From the NCBI RefSeq assembly GCF_009914755.1, contig NC_060926.1: a DNA stretch of 64,000 nt; one strand, 5' to 3'. Positions 1 through 23,380 of the stretch are shown here, one piece after another. The notes under the pieces were generated by a model that saw only the letters and a list, made by a program, of their open reading frames with translations, was not told where the DNA came from and did not search any database. The first letter of the stretch is position 1; every line of letters starts with the position of its first letter. The stretch is from the human T2T-CHM13v2.0 reference genome, Homo sapiens. A program made the position numbers and the translations under genes.

Positions 1-184
1 GCTCATGGAAGGGTCCATATCAAAGGACTCATTTATATAAAAAAAGTCAAAATTTAACAAAAATGGGTAAAAATTTATTGGCTTGATTACGTATAGAAAA
101 TGCTCCTGAAATAGTAAGTAGTAGGGGTTACCATTGGATATCTTAGTGACAAAGTACTGAAAGGAAATAGACATGAATGAATGA

Positions 185-535
<351 letters not shown>

Positions 536-1423
536 TGAAAGATTAAAAATGCAACCAATATAGTTATTAGTAATTATCACAATGAAGTGGATACTGATAC
601 TTGAAATTCAGGTGGTTCAGGACTTTGCAGGTTTAATGATATGTACAACATATGCTAGTCTCCTATGTGTAGGTTAGAGCTGAAAATGCTTTTTGAACTG
701 TTAAATCAACCTGTACGTATCATACAAGGGAAAAGTGTTGCCTCAGTTTACCTGTGAAGAATGGCTCCAAGATTTGGCATTTTTGGTTGAAGTTACTGCC
801 CATTTAAATTCTGCAAATATTTATTTATAGGGGCATTCATAAAGAATGCCCCGTTTGTATGATTCAGTTCTCTCATTTCTAGTAGATACATGTTTTTTGG
901 CAAAATGGCTTTTTATGTTAAGGAATAATCTGCGTCACTTTCATGTGCTGAAGTTGGTTTCCAGAAATGAAAATTAGCATCTTACTTCATTCTCAAAATG
1001 AATGGAATTTAAGACTGAATTCCAAGGCAACGTCTTTGACTTTATACTTTATAAAAATGAACTAGCATTTCTCAGTTAATAACAATGTGAATGGATAGCT
1101 GCAAGTGTATGGAAAACTAAATATTGTAACACTGGAGCAGCAGAATTCTACAAACACCTTTGGAGTAATTACCCTAAATTCAATAATCACTTTGCAAAAA
1201 ATTTCATCTTTGCTTGAAAAAGTGCCTGTGTTTAAGAGTTGTTTTTTCTTCTCTTAGTTCAAGGATTCAGGGCTGAATTCTGTATTACATATTGCATGCA
1301 ATTCTAGATATCGGAGCTGACATTGACACCTTGGTATAGGGGAAAAGGTGTCAAGTTTTGGGTTTTAGGTCAGTGGTGTTATGACCTACAAGAAAAATTT
1401 AGTAATTAATTGTTTCTGGGGTT

Positions 1424-1883
1424 TTTGTTTTGTTTTTGAGATAGGATCTCCCTCTGTTGCCCAGGCTGGAATATAGTGGGGTGATGCTGGCTCACTGCAA
1501 CCTCTGCCTCCCTGCTGAAGCCACCCTCCTACCTCAGCCTCCCGAGTATCTGGGACTACAGGCGTGCACCACCATGCCCAGCTAATTTTTTGTGTTTTTT
1601 GTAGAAATGGGGTTTTGCCATGTTGTCCAGGCTGGTCTTGAACTTTTGGGCTCAAGTGATCTGCCCACCTTGACCTTCCAAAGTGCTGGGATTACAGGTG
1701 TGAACCACTGTGCCCAGCCTGTGCCTGTTATTTTTTTGGTGGTGTTTGTTTTGTTTTTGTTCTTTGAGATGGGGTTTTGCCATGTTGCCCAGGCTGGTCT
1801 CGAACTCCCGAGCTCAGGTGATTTGCCCCCCCGTCAGCCTCCCAAAGTAGTGGGACTACAGGTGTGAACCACCATGTCCGGCC
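1424..1883 (-). mobile_element. AluJ-type element plus an adjacent left-monomer (FLAM-like) copy
   Basis: Reverse Alu consensus at 1424-1719 and a monomer at ~1735-1883. Confidence 0.88.
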
Positions 1884-2951
1884 TGTGTTCCTGTTGTTTT
1901 AATTTGTATTTTTTTCAATTTCAAATTTATAATCTCTGATATCATAACTGCTTGTGTTGTATTACATTACTAAAAATAATGCTTAATTCTATTTCTGGCA
2001 TTTGAGTTTTTTAAATCTTGATCGCTTCAATTATTTATGTCACTGGCTTGGCTCCTGTAGATATTTGAATTTGTGAATCTTGTCATAGGCAGAAGGTACA
2101 ACCTGACTATATCCTTGGGCAAGATGCCTATGAAAATATGGTTATCATCTTGTTCTAATTAATTTTACACTGGTACCTCTTTTCCTTACTTAGGCACTAA
2201 ACATATTTTTGCGGTGGTTTATTTTATGGTGGCAGTTTTAGGATACGAGCATGGAAAATTTATGCTTGCTTATTTCAACACTGTAAATACATACTACTAG
2301 ACAGCCCAGTATCAGGTAATAAGATTTTTTTTCTCTTCAACCTTCACCCACCCTCTGCAGAATCTTCAGTGAGAATTTCCTGTGAAAGCTTCAGGGCAAA
2401 CCATTTAAAAAAAATAATACCTATAAGGTTCGATAGGATCCAAGACTCCACCCAGACTCTGTTTTAGACATGTAATTCTGTTTAGACATGAAAAGTTTAG
2501 GTGAAGCATCACAGTTTGTGTTGTATTTTGTAATAACTCCTGCGTTTCTGTTGTTGTGTCACTGAAATTCTTTGGTTTTGAAGCAGATGTCTGCAGCCTA
2601 TGAGAAGCTGCCTTGTGCTCCTTCTCCCTGGCAGTGCTACCCTCGCCCTGGCTCGGATGCAGCTATGGCTCTGCCTTCTCAATTGCTTGCTGTGTGTTGC
2701 TGTTTCATAGAACTGTAGACCTTAAAGACTCTCTAGTAAGGCTTTTGGCCACAGGAAAAGTTTTTTTCCTAAAGTTTCCAAACCAGCCCAAGGAAAGAGA
2801 AAAAGAGGACAATGGAAAATATTTTTCTGAATCTTAAATAATTTGTGGATACTGAATTATCACTGTTAATATATTCACGTTTCTCCTTGCTCCCATTTGA
2901 TCCTCTTTGGGGTCGGATCGGTATGGGGGAGTTGTTTCTGAGGACTCTTTG

Positions 2952-3156
2952 CAGTGGTTCGCTGAGTGTGGACCTTGGGCCAGCAGTTCCCAGCATGACC
3001 TGGGAACTTATTGGAAGCGCAGAATCTTGGTCCCCATCCCAGACCTACATAAATCCCAGAAAGAGAAACTCTTGAGGAGTAGAGTGGGTGGTGGCACCCT
3101 GTGTTTTAACAGCACTTCAGATGATTCTCATACATGCTGAAATTTGAGAACCACTG
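2952..3156. mobile_element. MER5A-like hAT-Charlie MITE
   Basis: CAGTGGTTC...GAGAACCACTG termini and typical internal motifs (tgtgttttaaca...gatgattct). Confidence 0.75.
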
Positions 3157-4424
3157 TTGTATATAACTTGAATTATACCTATATTGGATTTTTACATGGA
3201 AACTTAGGAAAGCTCCCAAACTCCTTCAGCATCTTCCTACTTTCCTCCTATTACTTCAGGGTCTGAGATAAAGTATATACTCTGTGGTGAGCTGTGGACC
3301 TTTACCCAACCTGGCTGGGACTTTGTGATAGTTGTACTCAGTTGACTGTCCTCAGTGACAACTAATTGTTGAGGTAATGGGTGAGACAGAGATGCCTTTG
3401 GCACTTCTAGGAAATTCAGTTGGCTCTGGCCTCCTAGGAACTACTGATCTGAGGGGAACCTATGCTTTGAGACATGGCCAAAGCAGTTATTCTCGTCTTT
3501 TATTTACTTGATGTAAATAATCCACTGGAGAAAAAAAGTAGAGTATGTGCCATTCTGATTTAATTTTTTTTTTTACTGTAGTAAAATATACATAACATTT
3601 TCTATTTTAACCATTTTGAAGTGTACAGTTCATTGGCATTAAGTACATTTACATTATTGTGCAACTATCACCACTATCCATCTCCAGAACTTTTTCATTA
3701 TTTCAAACTGAAACTCTGTATCCATTAAGTGATAACTATCCATTCTACACACCCTCCAGCCTCTAGTAACTACAATTCTTTCTTTATGAATTTGGCTCTT
3801 CTGGGTACCTCATACAAGTGGAATCATACAATATTTGTTCTTTTGTGTCTGGCTTATTTCACTTCGCATAGTGTCTTCATGGTTCATCCATATTTTAGCA
3901 TACATCAGAATTTAATTTTTTAAGGCTGAATATTATTTCAGCGTGTATGTATATATGCCATGTGTCCATTCATTCATCAGTGGACCTTTCGGTTGTTTCC
4001 ACCTTTTGGCTGCTGTAAGCAATGCTGCATTAGTGCACAAATATCTGTTCAAGTCCCTGCTTTCAGTTTTTTGGGATATATACCCAAAAGTGGAATTACT
4101 AGATCTTATGGTAATTCTGTTTACTTTTTTAGGAACTGCCATACTGTTTTCTACAGTGGCTGCACCATTTTACATACCACCAGCAATGCATAAGCGTTCT
4201 AGTTTGTCTACATCCTTACCAACACTGTTATTTTCTGTTGCTGGAATTTTTTTTTTTTTTTAATAATAGCCATCCTAGTGAGTGTGAAATGATATCTGAT
4301 TGTGGTTTGGATTTGTATTGTCCTAATGATTAACGATGTTGAGCATCATGTCATGTGCTTATTGGTCATCTGTATTCTTCCTTGGAGAAATTTCTATTCA
4401 AGTTCTTTGCCCATTTTAAAAATT

Positions 4425-4726
<302 letters not shown>

Positions 4727-5275
4727 TTTTGAGTTTTTTACATATTCTGGATATTAATTTCTTATAATATATACTGCTTGCAGGTATTTTCTCCCACTCT
4801 GTGGGTTGCATTTTCACTCACCTATACTGTCTTTTGAATACTATCTTTTGATGCACAAAAATTTTTCAATTTTGACAAAGTCTCACTTATGTATTTTTTC
4901 TTTTGTTGCCTGTGCTTTTGGGGTCATATCCAAGAAGTCAGTGCCAAATCCAATATCATGAAGCTTTTGCCCTATATTTTCTTCCAAGAGTTTTATAGTT
5001 TTCACTTTTGTGTTTAGGTCTTTGACCCATTTTGAATTAGTTTTTGTATATGATATAAGGTAAGGGTCCAATTTCATTCTTTGGCATGTGGATATACACT
5101 TTTCCCAACACCGTTTGTTGAAAAGACTGTCCTTTCCCTGGTGAATGATTTTTGCACCTTTGTTGAAAATCATTTGATCATATATGTGAAGGTTTATCTC
5201 TGAGCTCTCTGTTCTATTCCACTGATCTGCATGTCTATCTTTATGCCAGTATCACACTGTTTTTGATTACTGTAG

Positions 5276-5588
<313 letters not shown>

Positions 5589-6226
5589 AGTAAGTTTTGA
5601 AATGAGGATGTGTGAATCTTACAACTTTGTTCTTCTTTTTCCAAGATTATTTTGGCTATTCAGGGTCCTTTGGGATTCCATATGAATTTTAGGATGGATT
5701 TTTCTATTTATGTAAAAACATTATTGGGATTTTTGAAAGGGATTGCATTGAATCTGTAGATTGCTTTGGGTAGTATTGCCATTGTAATAATATTAACTCT
5801 TCCAATTCATGAACATGGGATATGTTTCCTTTTATTTGTGTCTTCCTTTATTTCTTTCAGCAATTTGTAATTTTCATTATACAAGTCTTTTACTTCCTTA
5901 AGTTTATTTGCACTAAGTATTTTATTCTTTTTGATGCTATTACAAATGGAATTGTTTTGAATTTCCTTCTCAGATTGTTCATTGCTATTGTATAGAAACC
6001 AACTGATTTTTGTGTTTTTCACCCTGCAACTTTACTGGATTTGTTTTTTAGTTCTCATGGGGTTGTGTGTGTGTGTGTGTGCGTGTGTGTATAATCTTTA
6101 GGGTTTTCTACATATAAGACCATGTCATCTGTGAATAGAGATAATTTTACTTCTTTCTTTCCAATTTGGATGTCTTTTATTTCTTTTTTTTTTGCCTGAT
6201 TACTCTGGCCAGAACTTCTAACGCTA

Positions 6227-6607
<381 letters not shown>

Positions 6608-6721
6608 TCATAATTGAATATGATGTTAGCTGTGGGTTTTTTGTATCTGGCTTTTATTGTTTTGAGGCAGTTTCCTTCTATTCCTAGTTTGTTGAGTATT
6701 TTTATCATGAAAGGATGATGA

Positions 6722-8500
<1,779 letters not shown>

Positions 8501-8541
8501 TTTCCTCACTGCCTCCCTCCCATCCTTTCTTCCTTCCATTA

Positions 8542-8703
<162 letters not shown>

Positions 8704-9926
8704 CTACTGGGGAATTATTAGAGATCAACAGTAAAAATAAGTCATTGCTTATCAAGAATACTGTGGTAATGTCCTGTCACTGGGGTCCTCACATAAACTG
8801 TTGAAAACCTTTAAGCCATTTCCTACCATATAGCCACATAATCTTTTCAAAATATATATCATCACTTTACACTTTGACTTAAAATTCTTTCACTTAAAAT
8901 TCTTTCACTAAGACTGGTTAAGTAAATTCTAGGATATCTCCCTAAAATGAAATATGCTACAGTCATTAAAAAGAATGAGGTAGATTTCTTTACATGAATG
9001 TAGAGCAATCTCAAAGAATTATTAAGTCAAAAAACAAGATACAGAACAATGTGTATTAAAGTGTAGGGAATAGATACAGTAGAATCTCATCATATATTCA
9101 TTTCAGTTACTCAAAATTAACTAACTCATGTAGGTAAAAGAAAGGAAATTATATATTATTAAACAGGGCAGGGGACTGCATTGGCCTTTTCTCCACTTTG
9201 TCTAAGTATGTAGTCTATCTTATTAGTCTGTGAAATAGTGTGTAATTTTAAGGGTTTTACTGACCATTTATAAGGAAGAGTTATACATAATGCAGGAGGC
9301 CAGGCACTGGAACGGTAGTGGTTTTCCTAACTATCGTGCAGCACAGCTTGTCTTAAGACAGGGTCTTACACACTGAATGATTTTTGGTATGTCTGGCCCT
9401 CAGCCATTAAATGTCAGTAGCTTCTGAGGTATTGGGTCAACCAAAGAACTGCTCTGCAGATCTTCAAACATCAGTGGATGGGATGGGATTTAGGAGCATA
9501 CCGCCTTAGTGTTCTTAGGCTAAGAACACTAGAGGGGAAAAAAATAGAAGAAATAATATAGGGTCACAGAGAAAACTGAGTGAAGACTGAGAGAAATTCA
9601 CAGCATGGGATTTGGGATTGGTTGCACAAAACTGTATATGCTACGCCTGAATAAGTAATGTAAGGGTTTTTCATGGATTATTTTGACCATAAGCAAGACA
9701 GGAAAATGGGCAACATGGTTGCATGTAAGTTCTATCTGGAATTTAAGTTGGGCTCTCAGTTGCCAACTCCAGGGAGCTGCCAGGAAGTAGATGTGCTTGA
9801 AGGACTCCTCAGTTCCCACCTTTACCCTGAAGTGTTCTGGAACCTGCACTTACTATCCCTGTGCCAGCCTGTCCCTCCTCCCTCCCTAAGGAGGGGAAGG
9901 GAAACACCCTTAAGAGGGAAAAATCA

Positions 9927-10280
<354 letters not shown>

Positions 10281-10994
10281 CTACTGGACTAGACTAAGGA
10301 AACTCAAAATAAGTTCAGTACAAGGAAGTGTCTTGACTTAAGTTATAACTGAAAAGTCACACAGACTTCCGCTTAGCAGGGGCTTGGTAGGATAGCTGCT
10401 GTCCTTAGAAAGGTTTTGGGCATGGCCAACCTTGGTCTGGTATTTCAGTAATAGACTGGATTGTGCCTCATTTTGGTCACCACACTTAAAAAATAATGTA
10501 GATAAATACAGGAGTCCATCGAAGGTGATTAAAATTATTGAAAGCAGGTAAAATAGCCCTAAGATTGGCATTGGTGTTTTTACTGCACCCCAGCCCAGAT
10601 TCTTCTGAAGTTTTCAGTAGCACTACTACAAAAGACCACAAGGTGGTGACAAAATTCTAAGGTATCTTTTTTTTTTAAGCTAGATTTGGAAGCAATCACA
10701 CATTCCCTGATGAAAATGAGGAAAAGAAAGCTTAAGAATGTCTATATTTCAAGTTTTATGGAATGATCAGAATACTTTCTCTAGCAGGTTTTTTGCAATA
10801 CTTGCCCATTGTTTAAACGAAAAGATTTCATTCATGTTAAAGAACAATACTGGTAAATGAGTTAGATATTTGTCTCTTAGGCTTTAGCAGACATCAGCAT
10901 TGTTTCCGTAGCTTTCTGCTCTCTTTTTCTCTCTTTTCTGTCCTCTGTACCTCTGTCCCCTTTCAAAAGACTCCATCATATGAGGAAGTCAATC

Positions 10995-11220
10995 TAATAT
11001 AGTGGTTGAGGGCGTGGATTCCGGAGGCCTGCTGCTGAAGTTCAGATACAGATTACCAGTTATTAACTGTGCGACATACAGCAAATCACTTAGCTCTGTG
11101 CCTTGGTTCCTTTTTCTCTAAAATGGAGATGACAATAGTGCCTAGTTCATTGATTATTCTCAGGATTAAATGAATCTATAAGTGTAAGAGCACTTAGAGC
11201 AATGCCTGGCACATAAAAAT
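10995..11220 (+). mobile_element. MIR
   Basis: MIR core (ctctgtgccttggttcc...aaaatggagatgacaatagt...aggattaaatga...cacttag...cctggcaca). Confidence 0.8.
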
Positions 11221-11526
11221 GTTAAAATTATATGGAATTAAAATTTAAATGATTTTCTATTGGTTTATGGAGTTAACTTTTTAAAATTTATTAAGTAGAT
11301 GAGTGAGCTGCATGAGGATTTTCTCTCTCTCACACACACAACTTCCAAATAAAATTTAGTTGCTTTTGGTTTAGGAGGCACTTAATAGCTTTCCTTTTCC
11401 TCTGTCCGTCATGTTTCCCTATTTCTTACCCTTACATTAGTCACTGAAGAGAAAAGGATAGGGATTTTGTTTATTTATATGAAAGATATTTATGTTAAAG
11501 TGAGACAAGAAAAAAAAAGTGGGTTG

Positions 11527-11831
11527 TTTTTTTTTTTTTTTTTTTTTTGAAACAGGGTCTCGCTCTGTTGCCCAGGCTGGAGTGCAGGCATGATCTCGGC
11601 TCACTGCAACCCCCCCTCTCCTGGGTTCAAGCGATTCTCGTGCCTCAGCCTCACAAGTAGCTGGGACAAGAGGCGCATGCCACCATGCCCAGCTAATTTT
11701 TGTGTTCTTTTTAGTACAGATGGGGTTTCACCATGTTGCCCAGGCTGGTTTTGAATTCCTGAGTTCAAATGATCTGCCCCCCTCGCCTCCCAGAGTGCTG
11801 GGATGCCAGGTGTGAGCCACCACACCTGGCC
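11527..11831 (-). mobile_element. Alu
   Basis: Reverse Alu consensus with long T tail. Confidence 0.92.
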
Positions 11832-12004
11832 AAAAACATAGATTTTTTTGCCCTGTATTTTCTATGGGCACAGAAGAAAGACCTTTTCAATAATCAAGAA
11901 GATTTTTAAAAGGATATTATGCCTTACATATTTAACTATTTTAGGATCACATTAAAATGATCTGCTAATGAAATTAAAATCTGTACATTTACTTTATTCA
12001 CTCT

Positions 12005-12295
12005 TTTTTGTTTTTTTGAGACATTCTCACTCTGTTGTCCAGGCTGGAGTGCAGTACCGCAATCATGGCTCACTGCAATATCTGCATCCCGGGCTCAAGC
12101 AGTCCTACTGCCTCAGCCTCCCAGGTAGCTGGACTACAGGTGCATGCCACCACACCTCGCTAATTTTCATGTGTTTTGTAGAAATGGGGTTTCACCATGT
12201 TGCCCTTGCTGGTCCCGAACTCCTAGGCTCAGGTGATCTACCTGCCTAGGCCTCCCATAGTGCTGGGATTACAGGCATGAGCCACTGCACTGGGC
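12005..12295 (-). mobile_element. AluJ
   Basis: Reverse Alu consensus. Confidence 0.9.
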
Positions 12296-12542
12296 TTGTA
12301 CATTCTCTCTTTAGAAAATAAAACTTTTTAAATAAAATACTTCAAATATCCAAAAGAAAATCTGAGATATTTGTAAGATAAAATCATAAAAATAAAATTA
12401 ACGCCATTTCTTCAACCACTCAATTGAAGAAATAGAACATTAATATAATTTTTGAAGCCCTCTATACCCTTACTCATCCTGTGCCTCTCTTTGAACTTCC
12501 CCCAATCTGACTTTTTTATTTCTTATTTTTTCTCTCTCTCTC

Positions 12543-12834
12543 TTTTTTTTTTTTTTTTTTTTTTTGAGACAGGGTCTTGTTCTGTCACCCAGACTGGGGT
12601 ACAATGGTGTGATCATGGCTCACTGCAGCTTCCTTGACCTCCTGGGCTCAAGTGACCCTCCTGCCTCAGCCTCCTGAGTAGCTGGGACTAGAGGCGTGTG
12701 CCACCATCTCTGGCTAGTTTTTGTGTTTTTTTGTGGAGAAGCAGTTTCACCATGTTGTCCACGCTGGTTTCCAACTCCTGGGCTCAAGTGATCCAACTGC
12801 CTTGGCCTCCCAAAGTGCTGGAATTATAGGTGTG
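12543..12834 (-). mobile_element. AluJ
   Basis: Reverse Alu consensus, slightly 5'-truncated. Confidence 0.9.
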
Positions 12835-13379
12835 ATGATTTCTTATTCTCTTACATGAAAAAATATCTTACCACTAATGGGCAAAATCATAAACACGGTA
12901 TTGCTTAGATTTGCATGTTTGAAGACTTTACGTAAAATGATTCCTATTCTTCTTCTTCTGTAACTTGCTTTTTGTTTTTAGTCAGGAGTATATTCCAGAT
13001 GTTCATCCATGTAGATACTTACCTAGAGCACATGTATTTTTACTACTCTGTTGTATTCTGTTATGTATATATCATTTATTTTTGTCACTCATCTGTCAAT
13101 TAAAAATGGTATTAAAATCCAGAATTTAATAATTTTGCTATTAAAAAACCAGTGCTGCTGTGAGCATTTTGTACTGGCTTCTTGGTACACCTGTTCAAGA
13201 GTTTTTCTAGGCTACATGCCTGTGAGGGTAATGCTTGAAAATGACAAATGGTTTTCCAGGGTGATCATGATCCATGTACCTTCCTACTAGCCGTATATAA
13301 GAATTAATGTTTCTCCATATCCTTACCAATATTTGGTCTTTTGGTTTTTGCTTGGTGTGTGCAAAATGGTCTCTGCTTC

Positions 13380-13756
13380 AATCACTCTGGCCTGTTTAGT
13401 GCTCCTCACAACCTTTGCACTTACTTGTTCCTCTGCCTGGAATGTTCTCTCCCTGATATCTCCGTAGTTTGCTCCTTTACCTCTCTCAGGCCTTCACTTA
13501 ATTGTGAAGTTCTCTGTGAGGCTTTCCCTGTCCATCCCCTTTAAAATTTGGCATGCTTCTCTCCCACTCCCTTATCTCTTCACTGCTTTATTTCTTTCCG
13601 GACCACTTACTGCCACTGCTTTTCCACACTAGAACTTAAGTTCCTTAAGGATAGGGAGTTTTTCATATCTTGTTCACTGTTGTGTTTCTAGAATTTAGAG
13701 CAGCACCTTCCCCATAGAAGACTTTAATAAATATTGTTGACTGAATTGAATGAATG
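13380..13756 (+). mobile_element. L2 3' fragment
   Basis: cctctgcctggaatgttct ... aataaatattgttgactgaattgaatgaatg, a typical L2 3' end. Confidence 0.7.
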
Positions 13757-14018
13757 TCATTGAGGTTTTACATTTTCTTGATTATTAATGAGGTAGAGCA
13801 TTAATGAGGTGGCCACTTTTTATTAGCCATTTGTGTTTCCTTTTCTGTGAAATGGCTGCTCAAATATATTGCTTATTTTTCTATTGGGTTGTTTAATACT
13901 TTCTTATTGATTGATAGCAGTTCCTTGTAAGTTCAGATTTGTTAATTACTCATGTCATACATATACTTATACTTTGTGCCTTAACTTTAAGCTTTTTAAA
14001 AAAAAAAAAAAAAAACTT

Positions 14019-14368
<350 letters not shown>

Positions 14369-14399
14369 TTAAACACTTTTTAAAATTTTTTTAATTTTA

Positions 14400-14695
14400 A
14401 TTTTTTTTTAGAGACAGTGTCTCACTCTGTCACCCAGGCTAGAATGCAGTCGTGCAATCATGGCTCACAGCAGCCTTGAACTCCTGGGCTCAAGTGATCC
14501 TTCTACCTCAGCCTCCTAAGTGGCTGGGACCACAGGTGCACACCACCATGGCTGGCTAATTTTTTTTTACTTTTTACAGAGACAGGGTCTCCAGTATTGC
14601 CCAGGCTGGTATCAAACTCCTGGGCCCAAGCAATCCCCCCACCTCTGCCTCCCAAAGTGCTGGGATTACAGGTGTGAGCCACTGCACCCTACCTG
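14400..14695 (-). mobile_element. AluJ
   Basis: Reverse Alu consensus. Confidence 0.9.
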
Positions 14696-15829
14696 ATATG
14701 TACTTTTGGATATATGATTACACATATGTGTGTTTTTTCTATTTAAAAATGGGAACATACTACACGTACCTTAAACTCTTTCAGTTATCTAAAAAATTAA
14801 TTGTCAAATAATATTGTATTATATGGATCTAAAACAATTGTGTAGTTTACCCTCATTTGTTTCTGCAAGCTCATCCTCTTTTTCATGGTCATTAGATATT
14901 GCCTATTCTCAACACTTGGCCATCTTCTCTCCTCACTTGGTATTACCTCCGTAGGTAATCTCACCGATGGCTCACAGCTTAAGTTATTAGATACATGCCA
15001 GTGACTTCCCAGAGTTACGTCTCTAGCTCATAAACCTCAGAGCCCCAGCCTAGGTATCTAACTGTCTGCTTAGCATTCCTGCTTGCTTATGTCAAAGGTA
15101 CCTCAAACTCTACATGTCTAAACAAGGCAGAACTAATGAATTTCCCCTCAAACCTAGCAGTCTGCCAGTGTTCCCTTGGCATGATCATCTGTCTCACTGA
15201 ATAAGGCATAAACAGGAATCACCATTAATACATTATTTGCTCCTAAATCCTGATCATCTCTCCTGTGATGTCTTCTTTGATTTAGCTGGGCAGAAATTTA
15301 GGCTTTTGTAACCAAGAAAAGCTACGGATTGTCTGATTCACATCTGTTTAGAGTTTACTGTTTGTGGGCAAGAAATATACCTCTTTGCAAGGCTCTGTGG
15401 TCTTTCCTGTTTGCTTTCAGCTGGACCAATTGAACTGAACCTTGTTTTTTTTGCAAGAATTAGATGTAGAAGTAGTGAATTTATGAGTTAGGAAATTTTT
15501 TGACTGCAAGTTACAGAAAACCCTAATCCAAACAAATCAATTTATTGCCTTCTATAAAAGGAAGTCCAGAGGTAGAATGGGTTCAAGCTGATAAATATCA
15601 ACAGTGGCTCAGTTATATCATTATGGACCCAGGTCCATTCCTCTCTTCATTCTGCTGTTCTTAGCAAAGTCAGTGTTTCAAGTTACAGGAGTTTAACCAG
15701 CACCTTTGTAACCACAGAATAAGGATGATCACTTCCCACACTTTCCACGTAAGGATAGAGGCATCCTCCTGGCATTCCGTATGTATACATTTTTTCAGTT
15801 AAATATTCTAATTGGCTCTCTTTAAAAGT

Positions 15830-17570
<1,741 letters not shown>

Positions 17571-17629
17571 CATTCCATATTTAAGGTCTGTCATCGCCAC
17601 CCCTCCCCGCTTATGTTATCAATTCATTT

Positions 17630-18110
17630 GTTAGTCAGGACCCTGGCTTGCAAGTGACAAATACCAAACTCAAATTGGCCTAAGCAAAATGGTAATAGTG
17701 TACATGGAACAGAAAAGGCTTTGGAATGTCTGGCTTTGGGCATGGCTGGATCTAAGGGCTCAAGTGATGTGATCCAGGTCTTCCTTTTCTCTCTCACAGG
17801 TTTTTTCCATTTTGTAATCTTGAGGGCCAGCATAACAACCTTGGTAGAAAGAGAGCATCTTCTTTGATAACTCCGGCAGAAAAAAATCCCGGAGAGGATT
17901 CTAATTGGCAACACTCCTGTTCCTGATTCAATGACTGTGGCCATGGGAATGGAATATTCTGATTGGTCAGGCCTGGGTCATGTGTCTCCTGTGGTCTAAG
18001 AAGGCAATCCAGCCACACCTAAACTGCAAGGAAGTGGTTCCTGGCTGGAAAAGCGTTTGGTTATGAGAAGAGGGGATGAACGCTGGGAAGGCAAAAATAG
18101 CAGCTGCTCA
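17630..18110. mobile_element. Old MLT1 (ERVL-MaLR) LTR fragment
   Basis: ttagtcagga...gcaagtgacaaataccaaactcaaattggcctaagcaaaa and gattggtcaggcctgggtcatgtg motifs. Confidence 0.6.
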
Positions 18111-18285
18111 TTATAATGGTATTTTAGCAACTCAAAGGAAGCCAAGTTGGCTAGAGCAGTAATTCTTGTATTGTCATTTCCAGTTCCAGTTCTGAATCAG
18201 AAATGGGTGGTAGGGCCAGCAATCTGTGTTTTAATAAGCCCTTCAAGTGATTCTGATGCAGGATAACTTTGGAAACCACTGATAA

Positions 18286-18635
<350 letters not shown>

Positions 18636-19384
18636 TTAATTCTGGGTGTAGGAGAGATTACTTAGGGAAGGTGGAATCCAATTTAGACCCTAAAGGAGGA
18701 GGTACAACTCATCTTGTGAAGAAATGTTTATTTCTTACTCTCGAGCTACTTGCTTTTCACTTTCACTGAAGCCTAGCTGATGCCAATTTACCATATTTAT
18801 TCTGTCTCTTGAGCCACTGTGCCTCAGCTTTTCTTTGTCCCTAGAATTTTTTTTTTTCCTTCCTCGTCACTGATTTAAACCCTAGCCATCCTTGGATGTT
18901 CAGGTCACAGCTTCCTCTATTCCAGGAAACCTTACTTGATATGTTCCATTTTTATTAATGTATATCTGCTCTGCATGCCTTCTTTCAACCATTTATTTCA
19001 ACCATTTCAAACATTTATTGATAGCTTATATACCAGATACTGTAGTAAGTACTGGACTTGCACAAAGGACTTGTGCTATCTAATTTAAAGGATATGTGCA
19101 TGTTCCTAAAGATGCCATCGGAATGCCCTGTAACAAGGCTTTACCAGTTTACATAGACACCATGGCATATGAGGCTGCTTAGTTCTTCCACATCTTCACC
19201 ACCACTAGATATTAACAATCTTTCTCATTTTTGCCAACCTGAGGAGTGAACAATATCTTATTGCTGTTTGATAACGAATACATTTGAGGATCTTTTCTCT
19301 GTTGGCTATTTGCATTTCTTTTCAAACTTGCTTGTTGATATCCTAAGCCTGTTTTTTTTTTTTTGTTTGTTTTTTGTTTTTTTA

Positions 19385-23380
<3,996 letters not shown>

